Part shown: positions 28,858-38,067 of the stretch, piece after piece
Position numbering within the stretch: the first letter of the stretch is position 1
Layout: each line of letters starts with the position of its first letter
NCBI GenBank assembly: GCA_033763315.1
Contig: JANRKS010000011.1
Coordinates: 32,001 to 96,000, forward strand
DNA: 64,000 nucleotides
DNA from: Deltaproteobacteria bacterium
GTDB lineage: Bacteria; Myxococcota_A; Polyangia; Fen-1088
Direction of reading: 5' to 3'
Notes under the pieces: model-generated
The model's input: the letters and a program-made list of their open reading frames with translations, nothing else
Told to the model about the DNA's origin: nothing
Databases searched by the model: none
Translations under genes and position numbers: made by a program

Positions 28858-31320
28858 CTACCACCAACGCGTCGTCAATGACACGCCCACCGTCAACGGA
28901 TCGCCATAGAACGTCACGGCGCCGGTGGCGTTGCGCGCGCCCGGCAGACTGTGGTTGCGGTACTTTTCATCAAGCAGGTTGTTTGCGTAGAACGTGAGCG
29001 TCACTTTCTCGTCGGCACTCACCAGCGATACACGCGCGTTCACGAGTGAGTAGGCGCCCTGGCCAAGCAGCGGGTTGTCTTGGTTCGTGGTGAAGTGGTA
29101 CTGCTTCGTTTGAAAGCGCCAGTCGCCCGCCAGCACCAGTGCTTGACGCGCGATGGGAATGCGGTAGTCGGCGCGAAAAAGCGTTGACCAGCGCGGGGCG
29201 CGCACGAATTCGCTCTTGTTTGAATAGTCTTGATCAGAATTGAAGACCTTAAAATCTGTGAACTTCGTGTTGAGGTAACCCACGCTGCCGCCAAAGTGAA
29301 AGTTCGTGAACGGCACGCCTTCGAGCTCTAGCTCGGCGCCATCGGAACGGCCACGTTTGACGTTCTGAAGGTAGGACACGGCCACGTTCGTGGGTGGCAA
29401 AGGGCCCACCACGTTCACTTGGATGTCGCGGTAGTCGTAGTGGAACGCCGATGCGTTCGCTGTGAGGCGGTTGTCAAACCAGCTTGTCTTCGCGCCGGCC
29501 TCGTAGGCATTCAGTTTCTCGGGTTCAACCACGTTCAACGCCGCCAGCGTCGTGGCCGCTGTATTGAAACCACCAGACTTCACGCCGCGGGCATAACGTA
29601 GATAGACGCGCGCGTTCTTGTTGATGTCGAACGTCGGGGTGACGTCGCCCGTAAAGTTGTTCCACGTCTTCGACAGGTTTTGGTCGTAATTGGTTTCGGA
29701 ATTAAGGGGACTGCTGACCGATCTGCGAAGCCACCACTGCCCGACGTCGAAGAACGTTGCGGGTGAACTGTTGGCCACCCTGTTGATGTCCAAATCGCGG
29801 GTTTCCGTTGTCCACCGCAGCCCCGCCGTCAAACTCAGTTGTTGGGTGAAGTTATAGGTTCCGCTACCGAACGCCGCCAGACTCTTGGCGGTATGGTCAA
29901 ACAGAGTGTTGCTGTAATTTGTGGGCCCCGGGCCTGCCGCTGCGCCGGGCAGCTTGGCCGTGGATGCCGAGCGGTTGATGTCTTCATAGAAGCCGAACAA
30001 GCCACCCACCCAGTTGAAGCGATCGGCGCGCGGCGATGCCAACCGAAGCTCTTGCGTGAACTGCGTCGAGCGGGCGCGCGACCAGCCGCGGCTGATTTCA
30101 AGCGGTGTGTAATCGCTGTCGGTGAGCGCCACGTCCCGGAATTGTTCGTATGCGGAGATGGAAGTCAACGTCAGCTGGCGCAGTTGCCACTTCACATTGA
30201 CCACCGAGCCTTCTTGTAAAGTGTTTCCCGTGTTGGGTGCGTTTGTATTGACCTTGTTGCTATCGGCACTGGGCACGTATCCCGCAAGATAGCCTCCGTC
30301 CGCGGCGTTGCTGGTCACCGTGGCAAGCGAACCCGCCGTGGTGTAATCCCTGAAGTGAACGTTGGCGTTGACTTCAAGGTTGTCGGTGATGCGGCCAAGC
30401 AGCTGCAACCGCACGGCCCCATCCTGAAATTCGCCGTCCTTGCGGTTGTCACGGTAGATGTTCTCAAAACGACCGTCGCGCTTTTCGTAGCTGAAGGACG
30501 CCCGCGCGGCCAAGCGGTTTTCCCAAATCGTTCCGCCCGACGCGCCTTGCACGAGGCGGTTGTTGAACGAGCCGTAATCGATTTTAAGGTAGCCATCGTT
30601 GGCGAACGTTGGCCTGCGGCTGACCACGCCTATGGCGCCGCCGGTTGTGTTCTTGCCCCACAAAGTGCCCTGTGGTCCACGCAAAACCTCCACGCGCTCG
30701 AGATCAAACAGCGGGAAACCCGTGGCGCTCGCATTGCTTATGTAGACTTCGTCCAAGTAGAAGCCGATGGGGTTCGAGAAATCCAGCTGCTGCTGGCCCG
30801 TGCCTACGCCACGGATCCACCAGCGCGGCCGGCCGTGCTGTTGCGTGGCCGCGGATGCGTTCGGGACGTAGTTTAGAACGTCCGCTGAGGTCCGACCGAT
30901 CCCCGTATCAATGAGGTCGTCGCCTGACAGCGCCGTGATGGCCGTCGATACCTTCTGCAAAGATGCTTCTCGGCGTTCAGCCGTAACCACCAACTCTTTG
31001 AGTTGTGAGGCGACGCCGGCTTTCACATCCGGTGGCGGGCCTTCAACTAGCGCGTCGCTGCCGCTTGAGGCGGGGGGCGCAGCGGGGGCAGGCGCGGGGG
31101 CAGAGGCCTCGACCGGCGAAGTGGTTGGCTGCGCCGCGGGCGTCGACGGCGCACCGGCGGCCTCGCTGGGTGGATCGCTGCCTGGCGTTTGTGCGAAGCA
31201 CGGCGTGGAAACCGTTGAAGCAAGGAACGCAAGTGTGCCTCCGCATAGCGCGCTTACAATTTTGCTGCGTACAATTGGGGGGCTGGGATGATGAGTGATG
31301 TTGTGCGTTTCCTGGCTCAC
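28858..31320 (-). CDS. TonB-dependent receptor, organosulfur uptake candidate
   Basis: TonB box ELVVTAERRE, DLERVEVLRGPQGTLWGKNTTGGAI, NNLLDEKY, C-terminal W; GTG start at 31320 with AAGGAG SD. Confidence 0.92.
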   Translation of the reverse strand: MSQETHNITHHPSPPIVRSKIVSALCGGTLAFLASTVSTPCFAQTPGSDPPSEAAGAPSTPAAQPTTSPVEASAPAPAPAAPPASSGSDALVEGPPPDVKAGVASQLKELVVTAERREASLQKVSTAITALSGDDLIDTGIGRTSADVLNYVPNASAATQQHGRPRWWIRGVGTGQQQLDFSNPIGFYLDEVYISNASATGFPLFDLERVEVLRGPQGTLWGKNTTGGAIGVVSRRPTFANDGYLKIDYGSFNNRLVQGASGGTIWENRLAARASFSYEKRDGRFENIYRDNRKDGEFQDGAVRLQLLGRITDNLEVNANVHFRDYTTAGSLATVTSNAADGGYLAGYVPSADSNKVNTNAPNTGNTLQEGSVVNVKWQLRQLTLTSISAYEQFRDVALTDSDYTPLEISRGWSRARSTQFTQELRLASPRADRFNWVGGLFGFYEDINRSASTAKLPGAAAGPGPTNYSNTLFDHTAKSLAAFGSGTYNFTQQLSLTAGLRWTTETRDLDINRVANSSPATFFDVGQWWLRRSVSSPLNSETNYDQNLSKTWNNFTGDVTPTFDINKNARVYLRYARGVKSGGFNTAATTLAALNVVEPEKLNAYEAGAKTSWFDNRLTANASAFHYDYRDIQVNVVGPLPPTNVAVSYLQNVKRGRSDGAELELEGVPFTNFHFGGSVGYLNTKFTDFKVFNSDQDYSNKSEFVRAPRWSTLFRADYRIPIARQALVLAGDWRFQTKQYHFTTNQDNPLLGQGAYSLVNARVSLVSADEKVTLTFYANNLLDEKYRNHSLPGARNATGAVTFYGDPLTVGVSLTTRWW

Positions 31321-31378
31321 AGAAGACTCCTTCAGGTCGGTTGCTTTTCCCCGCAAAGGCGAGGGGTCGTGGCCGGAC

Positions 31379-31394
31379 TGCACGTGTAGTGCCA
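31379..31394 (-). promoter_or_regulatory. Sigma-54 promoter of the TonB-dependent receptor
   Basis: Minus strand TGGCAC-TACAC-GTGCA. Confidence 0.75.
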
Positions 31395-31445
31395 AGTCGT
31401 CGATGATTCGTGACTCGGCTTTACAACCGCGGAGCGAGGGCGTGC

Positions 31446-31492
31446 TGTTCGCAGAGCAGCAGGGTCGCTGTTTAAGTGCTGTTCGCGAAGCA
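31446..31492. promoter_or_regulatory. Tandem activator sites shared by divergent sigma-54 promoters
   Basis: TGTTCGCAGAGCAGCA (31446-31461) and TGCTGTTCGCGAAGCA (31477-31492), 31 bp apart. Confidence 0.7.
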
Positions 31493-31542
31493 GGTCATGT
31501 TCACCAAGCACCTTTAGGCTGTGTCGGCCATGATCATTTCGT

Positions 31543-31558
31543 GGGCACAGGCGTTGCA
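31543..31558 (+). promoter_or_regulatory. Sigma-54 promoter of the DszB-like/MFS operon
   Basis: GGGCAC-AGGCG-TTGCA. Confidence 0.65.
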
Positions 31559-31621
31559 ACGCGAAGACCTAGGTAGCGGCAGCAAGTTGAGGCACTTATG
31601 TCGCGCGTTGGGTGGGCGGGA

Positions 31622-31657
31622 AAACGGGAGCGTGCTGTTGGTGGCACGCTCCCGTTT
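31622..31657 (+). promoter_or_regulatory. Perfect 14-bp stem hairpin in a long 5' leader
   Basis: AAACGGGAGCGTGC-N8-GCACGCTCCCGTTT followed by a T-rich tract. Confidence 0.6.
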
Positions 31658-31755
31658 GGTCTTTTGTGGTTTATGCCCTGGCAAAGGCGCGGCCACTTTT
31701 CCGTATGCGCCTTGGTCTCGTTCCTGCAGTGCCAGCGGCCAAGGAGATTTCACCC

Positions 31756-32793
31756 ATGAGCAAGATCGATACGTTGTGGTTTACACGTTGCCCTGTGCCC
31801 ACTGCCACCGGGCTCGCGTACAAACTTGGCTGGTTCGACGAAGAGTTCGCGGCTGACGGCATCAAGGTTAAAACCCTGCAGGACAACCGTGAGCTTGGTC
31901 GCCACCACTACGACCATGAGCTCAGTACGCTTATCCGTGAAGGTGGCAATCTGTTTGCGATTCCGGCTCACGGGCAGGGCGCGTCCACAAAACTTGTGGG
32001 GCTTACATGGATTGACGAATGGCAAACGATCCTTGTGCGCCCGGATTCGGGCATTCGGTCACCCGCAGAGCTTGAGGGCAAACGTTTGGCGCTGCCCGCT
32101 TATAAGCGGGCCGACTTGATCGAAAACAAGCGCGGCCGTAGCATCGCCCGCGGCATGAGCTTGGCCGGTTACAAGGGCGCACTCGCGTCAGTGGGCTTGA
32201 GCCTCGATGCCGTCAAGCTCGTGGAGGTTCCGAACGATGAGGGTGCAAGGGCCGAAGATGTTGGCCGGCTGTGGCAAGGCATCGAATGGCTGGCCGCTGG
32301 GAAGCTCGACGCGGTGTACGTGAAGGGCGCCGCGGCCGTCGACGCCGCACGCCGCTTTGGCGTGGTCCCCGGCATCGAACTCGACAAGCTCCCAGAGAAG
32401 CGCTTCCGCATCAACAACGGCACGCCGCGGCCCATCACGGTTCACGACAATCTCATCAACAACCACTTCGACTTGTTGGTGCGCTTCTTGGCGCAAACCC
32501 TCCGCGCCGCCGACTGGGCGAAAAGCAACTTGCAAGGCGTCCACAACATCTTGAAGTCTGAAACGCGTGCGGGCAGCGAAGGGGTTGAAGAAGCCTACAA
32601 AGATGGCTTCCATTTGCATTTGGCGCCCGATCTTTCCGACGAGCGCGTAGAGCTTTTCCGTCAACAGAAAGACTTCCAGTTGACGTACGGATTCCTCGAC
32701 CAGGACTTCGATTACGACGCCTGGATCGATCGTCGTCCCTTGGAAGAGGCGCGCAAGCGGCTCGATGCCGCCAGTGCCAAAGCCGCCGCGTGA
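31756..32793 (+). CDS. DszB-like (arylsulfinate desulfinase-like) protein, SBP fold, no signal peptide
   Basis: WFTRCPVPTA, HHYDH, IREGGN, RINNGTPRPITV; AAGGAG SD. Confidence 0.8.
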   Translation: MSKIDTLWFTRCPVPTATGLAYKLGWFDEEFAADGIKVKTLQDNRELGRHHYDHELSTLIREGGNLFAIPAHGQGASTKLVGLTWIDEWQTILVRPDSGIRSPAELEGKRLALPAYKRADLIENKRGRSIARGMSLAGYKGALASVGLSLDAVKLVEVPNDEGARAEDVGRLWQGIEWLAAGKLDAVYVKGAAAVDAARRFGVVPGIELDKLPEKRFRINNGTPRPITVHDNLINNHFDLLVRFLAQTLRAADWAKSNLQGVHNILKSETRAGSEGVEEAYKDGFHLHLAPDLSDERVELFRQQKDFQLTYGFLDQDFDYDAWIDRRPLEEARKRLDAASAKAAA

Positions 32794-32901
32794 GCCAGTG
32801 CAGCGTGGGCACCACGCTCAAAGCACCTGTGCTCCGGTTTTCAGCAAAGGGCCGCGCGACGATCATCTACGGCAAACCGGTTGCTAGACTCGGCGCCCTT
32901 C

Positions 32902-34149
32902 ATGTCGCCCTCGTCACTCATTGCGCGCTTTGCCGTCGGTCGGTTGTTCTCTGTTGTGGGCATGCAGATGGCCTTCATCACGGTGAGCTGGGACGTTTAC
33001 GATCGAACCAGGGATCCGTTTGTGCTGGGCCTCGTGGGCCTGGTGCAGTTGGTCCCGGTTCTCCTCTTCACTTTGCCCGCGGGCAACATCGCCGATCGGT
33101 ATCCGCGTCGCTATGTCGGGATCGCGGCACACACCTTGATGGCGTTGGCGCTTGTGGGGCTGGCCGTTGCCTCGCGGGCATCGGCGCCCATGTATGTGGT
33201 TTACACGCTGTTGTTTGCGGTCGGGCTTGCGCGGGCGTTTGCGTCTCCGTCGACGAACACGATTTTGCCGCAACTCATCCCCGCGGCCACGCTGAGCGGC
33301 GCGAACGCCTGGCTGTCTTCGTCATTCGAGCTTGGCGTCATCACCGGTCCCGCGTTGGGCGGCGCCTTGCTCGCGGCCACGCACCAACCCTTGGTTCCTT
33401 TCGCGTGCGGCGCGGTTGGTCAACTTGTGTTCATCGGTGTGTTGGCATCGATGCCGCCGCCACCGTCGGGCGTCCACGCGACGCAGGGGAAAAACGCCCG
33501 CGACGTGCTTGCAGGCCTGCGGTTCATTCGCAACACGCCCGTGTTCTTGGGCGCCATCACGCTTGATTTGTTCGCCGTTCTGTTCGGTGGCGCCGTGGCC
33601 CTTCTGCCCGTCTTCGCCCGCGACGTTCTGCACGTGGGCCCGTCAGCGTTAGGGTGGATGCGTGCCGCGCCCTCGGTGGGTGCGATGCTGATGTCGTTGC
33701 TTGCCACGCAGCTGTCACCGTGGCGTCGCCCGGGCCTCGTTCTTCTGCTTGTGGTGGCGGGCTTTGGCCTGGCGTCACTGGGTTTTGGTCTGTCGCGAAG
33801 CCTCGCACCCGCGCTGTTCTTCTTGTTCCTCACCGGGGTGTGCGATTCGATCAGCGTCGTGATCCGGCAAACGTTGGAGCAGGTGATGACGCCCGATGTT
33901 TTGCGCGGCCGTGTATCCGCCGTGCGTTTTGTGTTTATCGGTTTCTCCAACGAGCTCGGGGCCTTTGAAAGTGGCGTGACCGCCGCCGCCTTTGGCCCCG
34001 TGGGATCAGTGGTGTTCGGTGGCGTCGGCGCCCTGCTGGTGGTGTTCAGCGTCGCGAAGCTGTGGCCGCAACTTTTGGCTCTGGGGCCGCTGACGCACGC
34101 CGCGCCCCCACCCCAAGCTCCCCCAGAAGCTGCCCGCGGTATTCGCTGA
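32902..34149 (+). CDS. MFS transporter
   Basis: About 12 TM; AGNIADRYPRR, LDLFAVLFGGAVALLPVFA, SNELGAFESG. Confidence 0.92.
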   Translation: MSPSSLIARFAVGRLFSVVGMQMAFITVSWDVYDRTRDPFVLGLVGLVQLVPVLLFTLPAGNIADRYPRRYVGIAAHTLMALALVGLAVASRASAPMYVVYTLLFAVGLARAFASPSTNTILPQLIPAATLSGANAWLSSSFELGVITGPALGGALLAATHQPLVPFACGAVGQLVFIGVLASMPPPPSGVHATQGKNARDVLAGLRFIRNTPVFLGAITLDLFAVLFGGAVALLPVFARDVLHVGPSALGWMRAAPSVGAMLMSLLATQLSPWRRPGLVLLLVVAGFGLASLGFGLSRSLAPALFFLFLTGVCDSISVVIRQTLEQVMTPDVLRGRVSAVRFVFIGFSNELGAFESGVTAAAFGPVGSVVFGGVGALLVVFSVAKLWPQLLALGPLTHAAPPPQAPPEAARGIR

Positions 34150-34873
34150 ACTTGGGGTCATTCCGATCGCGTCCCGCCGACGCGCCGATGTCGTCGATGT
34201 TCAAATCCAAAGCGAAGCGGCCTTGCCGCAGCAGCAAGATCCGATCCGCCAAGCGAATGGCTTCATCCACGTCGTGGGTTACCAGAAAAACGGCGGGGCG
34301 ATGCAAGCGCCGCAGATCTTCCACCATGTCCTGCATCTGCAAGCGTGTCAGAGCGTCGAGCGCCGCGAAGGGCTCGTCGAGCAGCAGCAGCTCCGGCTCA
34401 CGCACCAAGGCGCGCGCGAGGGCCACCCGTTGCGCCTCGCCTCCGGAGAGGGTCGCGGGCCACGCGCGCTCATGGGAGGCCAAGCCCACCTCAGCCAGAG
34501 CTTTTCGGGCCGCGGCCACATTCGCGGCGCTGCTCGCTTGCCCGATCATCACGTTTGCGAGCACACGCAGCGAGGGCACGAGGCGCGGCTCCTGGTAGAC
34601 AATCGTCCGGCGCTTTGGCACCAGCGCTTCGCCTGCGTTTTTGCGCTCAAGCCCACCCAGGATGCGCAGAAGCGTTGTTTTGCCGGTGCCGCTGGCACCC
34701 AGCAACGCCACGAAACTGCCCTGAGCGATCGTGAGATCAACGCCGTCGAGAACCACCTTGCTTCCGAACGCTTTGCGCAGGTTCCGTATGTGAACGGCGG
34801 CGGGTGGCGCTGGCAAGGACGCGGGCGTGACGTGAGGATCGAGAATCTGCGAACGGGCTGCGTTTTGAGTCAT
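34046..34873 (-). CDS. ssuB: Sulfonate ABC transporter ATPase
   Basis: GASGTGKTT, LSGGEAQRVALARALVREP, LDEPFAALDALTR, VTHDVDEA. Confidence 0.88.
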   Translation of the reverse strand: MTQNAARSQILDPHVTPASLPAPPAAVHIRNLRKAFGSKVVLDGVDLTIAQGSFVALLGASGTGKTTLLRILGGLERKNAGEALVPKRRTIVYQEPRLVPSLRVLANVMIGQASSAANVAAARKALAEVGLASHERAWPATLSGGEAQRVALARALVREPELLLLDEPFAALDALTRLQMQDMVEDLRRLHRPAVFLVTHDVDEAIRLADRILLLRQGRFALDLNIDDIGASAGRDRNDPKFSEYRGQLLGELGVGARRASAAPEPKVAATASRR

Positions 34874-35715
34874 CGGATGGTTATGTGGCGACGCCATGGC
34901 ATCGTTGTGCGTTCAAGGACACGAATGAAGGCATCGAAGGCCAAGCCCACGACGGCGTAAAGCACCACACACAGCAGCATGTAGTCCTGTCGATAATACT
35001 GTTTGGCAAGCAACACCAAGTAGCCAATGCCTTTCGTTGTGCCCACCTGCTCCGCAGCGATGAGGCCCACCACGCTGATGGCCAGGCAAATGCGCAGGGC
35101 CATCAGCAAGCTTGGCAGCGCGCCCGGCAGAATCACCTTCCACAAAAGGCCGGGGCCACGCAGTCCGAACCCGCGGGCGGCTTCTACCACTTTGCGGTCC
35201 ACGTTTCGCACGCCCAGATAGGAGTAGGCGTACATGGGAAAGGCGGATGCGGCAGCGATCAGAAAAATCTTGAACTGCTCATCAATGCCGAACCACGAGA
35301 TGAAAAGAGGAATCAAAGCCAAGAACGGCACCGCGCGCAGCATCTGCATCGTTGGGTCGATCAGCTCTTCACCCAGCGCTGTGAGGCCTGCGCTCACACC
35401 CAAGGTCAAGCCCAACGAAACGCCAATGGCCACCCCCGCACCGGCGCGCAGCAACGACGCGCTGATAAACTGGCGCAACTCACCCGTGCCGTAAAGCTCA
35501 ACAAGTGCGCGCCACACATCCGCGGGTGAAGCGAGCACCTCTGGCGAAATCACTTTCGTGGCCGTGCCTGCCCACCAAGCCACAAGCAGCAGCGAAGGGA
35601 CCAAAGCGCGAACCGCGATCGAAAGCGTGCGTTTGCGCGTGGTGATGCCCAAGAACTGCGGCGTTTCAAGGCCCACCGGCGCATCGTCCGGCGCTGTCGC
35701 AATCGCTATCGTCAT
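34870..35715 (-). CDS. ssuC: Sulfonate ABC transporter permease
   Basis: QMLRAVPFLALIPLFISWFGIDE, EAARGFG, ILPGALPS. Confidence 0.88.
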   Translation of the reverse strand: MTIAIATAPDDAPVGLETPQFLGITTRKRTLSIAVRALVPSLLLVAWWAGTATKVISPEVLASPADVWRALVELYGTGELRQFISASLLRAGAGVAIGVSLGLTLGVSAGLTALGEELIDPTMQMLRAVPFLALIPLFISWFGIDEQFKIFLIAAASAFPMYAYSYLGVRNVDRKVVEAARGFGLRGPGLLWKVILPGALPSLLMALRICLAISVVGLIAAEQVGTTKGIGYLVLLAKQYYRQDYMLLCVVLYAVVGLAFDAFIRVLERTTMPWRRHITIR

Positions 35716-36752
35716 AGCGAGGCCCTCGCGCCGCCCGCAGGCGCGTTCAGATCAAAAACAATGTCGTCCACCGTAATGTTGCGGTCGATTGACTTGTTCT
35801 CGAAGAACAGCTTCGCCACGTTTGCCACGCGCTGTTTGTCAGCTTCCGTGGGGATCCGTGGAGGCGTCAGCGCACGCGTGTCTTCGATGGCCAGACGTAG
35901 ATTGTCACCGGAGACGGCTGTGGGTCCCGTGTCGGTGAACACGTTCTGAAATTTTTCTGGCTCGCGCCGGGCAAGCTCTGTGAGGTCCTGCAATACCGAT
36001 AAGAAAACTTTCCAGGCGGCGGGGTTTTGAGCCAAACTTTCAGCGTTCGCGCTGTTCACACCGATGTCGTCTGATCCAATGTCTGCTTCAGCGGCTAACA
36101 CGTGGGCGCCATTCTTAACGGCGGTGTTGTAGAAAACACCAAACGTTGACCACGCGTCGATCTTGCCGGTCGCAAAAGCCGCGGCGGCCTCCGGAGGTTG
36201 AATCGGAACGCGGATCACTTGCTCGGCAGGAACGCCCGCATCTGCCAACGCTTTGAGCAGCATGTAATCACCGTGTGCCGCCAAGTTCACCGCCACGCGC
36301 TTTCCCACCAAGTCTTTGATTGTGCGTATATCGCTGCCGGCCGGGGCCAGAATGCCTGCTTGCCGCCCGAGGCCCGATCGGTCTGACACCGCGAAGATTC
36401 TGAACTTCAAGTTGTGCGCAAGCGCTCCGATAATCGGGCTGATGGCGGCAGAAGAGGCATTGATGGCCCCCGCATTCATGGCTTCAAAGTTCGCGCTGAA
36501 CGCCCCCGCCGCGGGCACCCATTCGATCTTGGCGTTCACTTTCGCTAAGGGCGCGTCCAACAATCCGTATCGTTTTGCATACGCCAGCGGGCCCGCGTTA
36601 CCGGGATCGGAGAAACGGATTACCAAGGGTGGTTGAGCGCCGTTTGTCACGGGGGCTGTCTTGCGCGTTCCCTTGCACGACGCCAGGCAGACGAGGAAGG
36701 AGAGGGCGGCAAACGAAGTGATGGTGAGAGTCTTGGGGCGATTGAAAGACAT
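35712..36752 (-). CDS. ssuA: Sulfonate-family ABC substrate-binding lipoprotein
   Basis: Lipobox LASC; DLVGKRVAV, GKIDAWS; first gene of the ssuACB-like operon. Confidence 0.78.
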   Translation of the reverse strand: MSFNRPKTLTITSFAALSFLVCLASCKGTRKTAPVTNGAQPPLVIRFSDPGNAGPLAYAKRYGLLDAPLAKVNAKIEWVPAAGAFSANFEAMNAGAINASSAAISPIIGALAHNLKFRIFAVSDRSGLGRQAGILAPAGSDIRTIKDLVGKRVAVNLAAHGDYMLLKALADAGVPAEQVIRVPIQPPEAAAAFATGKIDAWSTFGVFYNTAVKNGAHVLAAEADIGSDDIGVNSANAESLAQNPAAWKVFLSVLQDLTELARREPEKFQNVFTDTGPTAVSGDNLRLAIEDTRALTPPRIPTEADKQRVANVAKLFFENKSIDRNITVDDIVFDLNAPAGGARASL

Positions 36753-36768
36753 TTGGTTCCGCCCCTAA

Positions 36769-36784
36769 AGCAACTTCCGTGCAC
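36769..36784 (-). promoter_or_regulatory. Possible variant sigma-54 promoter of the ssuA operon
   Basis: Minus strand GTGCAC-GGAAG-TTGCT (TG instead of GG), 41 bp from the activator sites. Confidence 0.4.
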
Positions 36785-36824
36785 ACCCGTTCCGCCATCG
36801 TGGCCGCCACTGCTGGCTGGCAAG

Positions 36825-36872
36825 TGTTGAAGCCGCAGCAGTGCGACAGCAACTTGTGCTGGTCAAGCAGCA
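36825..36872. promoter_or_regulatory. Tandem palindromic activator sites
   Basis: TGTTGAAGCCGCAGCA (36825-36840) and TGCTGGTCAAGCAGCA (36857-36872), 32 bp apart. Confidence 0.72.
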
Positions 36873-36902
36873 GCGGCCTCCGCAAAGCCTTGCCGTTGTG
36901 CG

Positions 36903-36918
36903 TGGCACGGCCGATGCA
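36903..36918 (+). promoter_or_regulatory. Sigma-54 promoter of the DszB-like/aldolase/LLM operon
   Basis: TGGCAC-GGCCG-ATGCA. Confidence 0.78.
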
Positions 36919-36932
36919 CAAGGCGCCGGGCC

Positions 36933-38018
36933 ATGAGTCAAATCGACACCCTCTGGTATACCCGTTGCCCCGTTCCCACGCCGCTTGGCATTGCTGCCCA
37001 GCTCGGTTGGATCGAGGCGGAATTCGCTGCCGATGGCATCACTGTTCGCACCCTTCAAGACGAAGTGGATCCAAAGCTGCGCGAATCGCACTTTGATCAC
37101 AAGCTCGACAATTCCTTTCGTCAGGGTGGGAACATCCCGGCGATCTGGGCCCGCTCGCAAGGCAGGCAAACACGCGTCGTCGGCCTGACGTGGACCGATG
37201 AAGCGCAAGTCATCCTGGTGCTACCAGGGTCCAACATCAAGTCGGTTAAAGATCTCAAGGGCCGCCGCTTGGGCGTCGCCACGCGCCCGGCAGACATCAT
37301 CGATTTTTGGAAGGCCACCACCATCCGCGCTTATGTGGCGGCGTTGAAGCTCGAGGGCTTAAGCGAAGCGGACGTTGAGTTTGTGGAATTGCCCCGTGCT
37401 GAAGTCAGTTCCATTGCGGGCCCACGGCAAGCCGAGCCGGCCGGCACGTTCATAGAACAAAGCCTCGAAGCACAAGCGCTCTTGCGCGGTGAAGTCGACG
37501 CGATCTTCCACAAAGGCTCACGCGGCTTGGAGCTGGCTGACGCCTTAGGCGCGCGCATCGTGTACGACGTGGGCAAGCATCCCGATCCAAGTGTGCGCGT
37601 GAACAACGGCTCGCCCCGCACCCTCACCGTCGATGCGGGCCTCTTGCGAACGAACTTGCCGCTGGTGGTGCGGCTTGTAAAGCAGGTGCTGCTGGCGGGC
37701 CAGTGGGCGGAACAGCACCCGAAGGAGGCCGTGGCCTACGTGGCGCAAGAGACACGTTCTTCGCAAGACGCCGTGCTGCGCGCCTATGGCAAAGACGTGA
37801 ACCATCACTTGAAAACGGACGTACGTGAATCGTCCATCTCCGCGCTCTCGGACTTCAAAGACTTCCTGTTGAAGTGGAAGTTCATTCCCCATGATTTCGA
37901 CGTGGCGAGCTGGGTCGATCCCACGCCGTTCCGTTTGGCCCAACAGGAGCTCTTAGATGCTCGCGGCCGCACCCATCGTACGGCGCTCGAACCGCAGTGG
38001 TCGCCCTGGGTTGGGTAA
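36933..38018 (+). CDS. Second DszB-like protein, no signal peptide
   Basis: WYTRCPVPTP, SHFDH, FRQGGNIP, RVNNGSPRTLTV. Confidence 0.8.
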   Translation: MSQIDTLWYTRCPVPTPLGIAAQLGWIEAEFAADGITVRTLQDEVDPKLRESHFDHKLDNSFRQGGNIPAIWARSQGRQTRVVGLTWTDEAQVILVLPGSNIKSVKDLKGRRLGVATRPADIIDFWKATTIRAYVAALKLEGLSEADVEFVELPRAEVSSIAGPRQAEPAGTFIEQSLEAQALLRGEVDAIFHKGSRGLELADALGARIVYDVGKHPDPSVRVNNGSPRTLTVDAGLLRTNLPLVVRLVKQVLLAGQWAEQHPKEAVAYVAQETRSSQDAVLRAYGKDVNHHLKTDVRESSISALSDFKDFLLKWKFIPHDFDVASWVDPTPFRLAQQELLDARGRTHRTALEPQWSPWVG

Positions 38019-38067
38019 CCAGCGGGGACCGCTTCATAACAGCCACTCAATCGAAAAGGACAATCGC

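Noticed and set aside
31642-31657. TGGCACG as another sigma-54 promoter
   Set aside because: No GC at the -12 position; it is the 3' arm of the hairpin
32790-33566. 258-aa ORF overlapping the DszB-like stop
   Set aside because: Out-of-frame shadow of the MFS gene with no recognisable motifs
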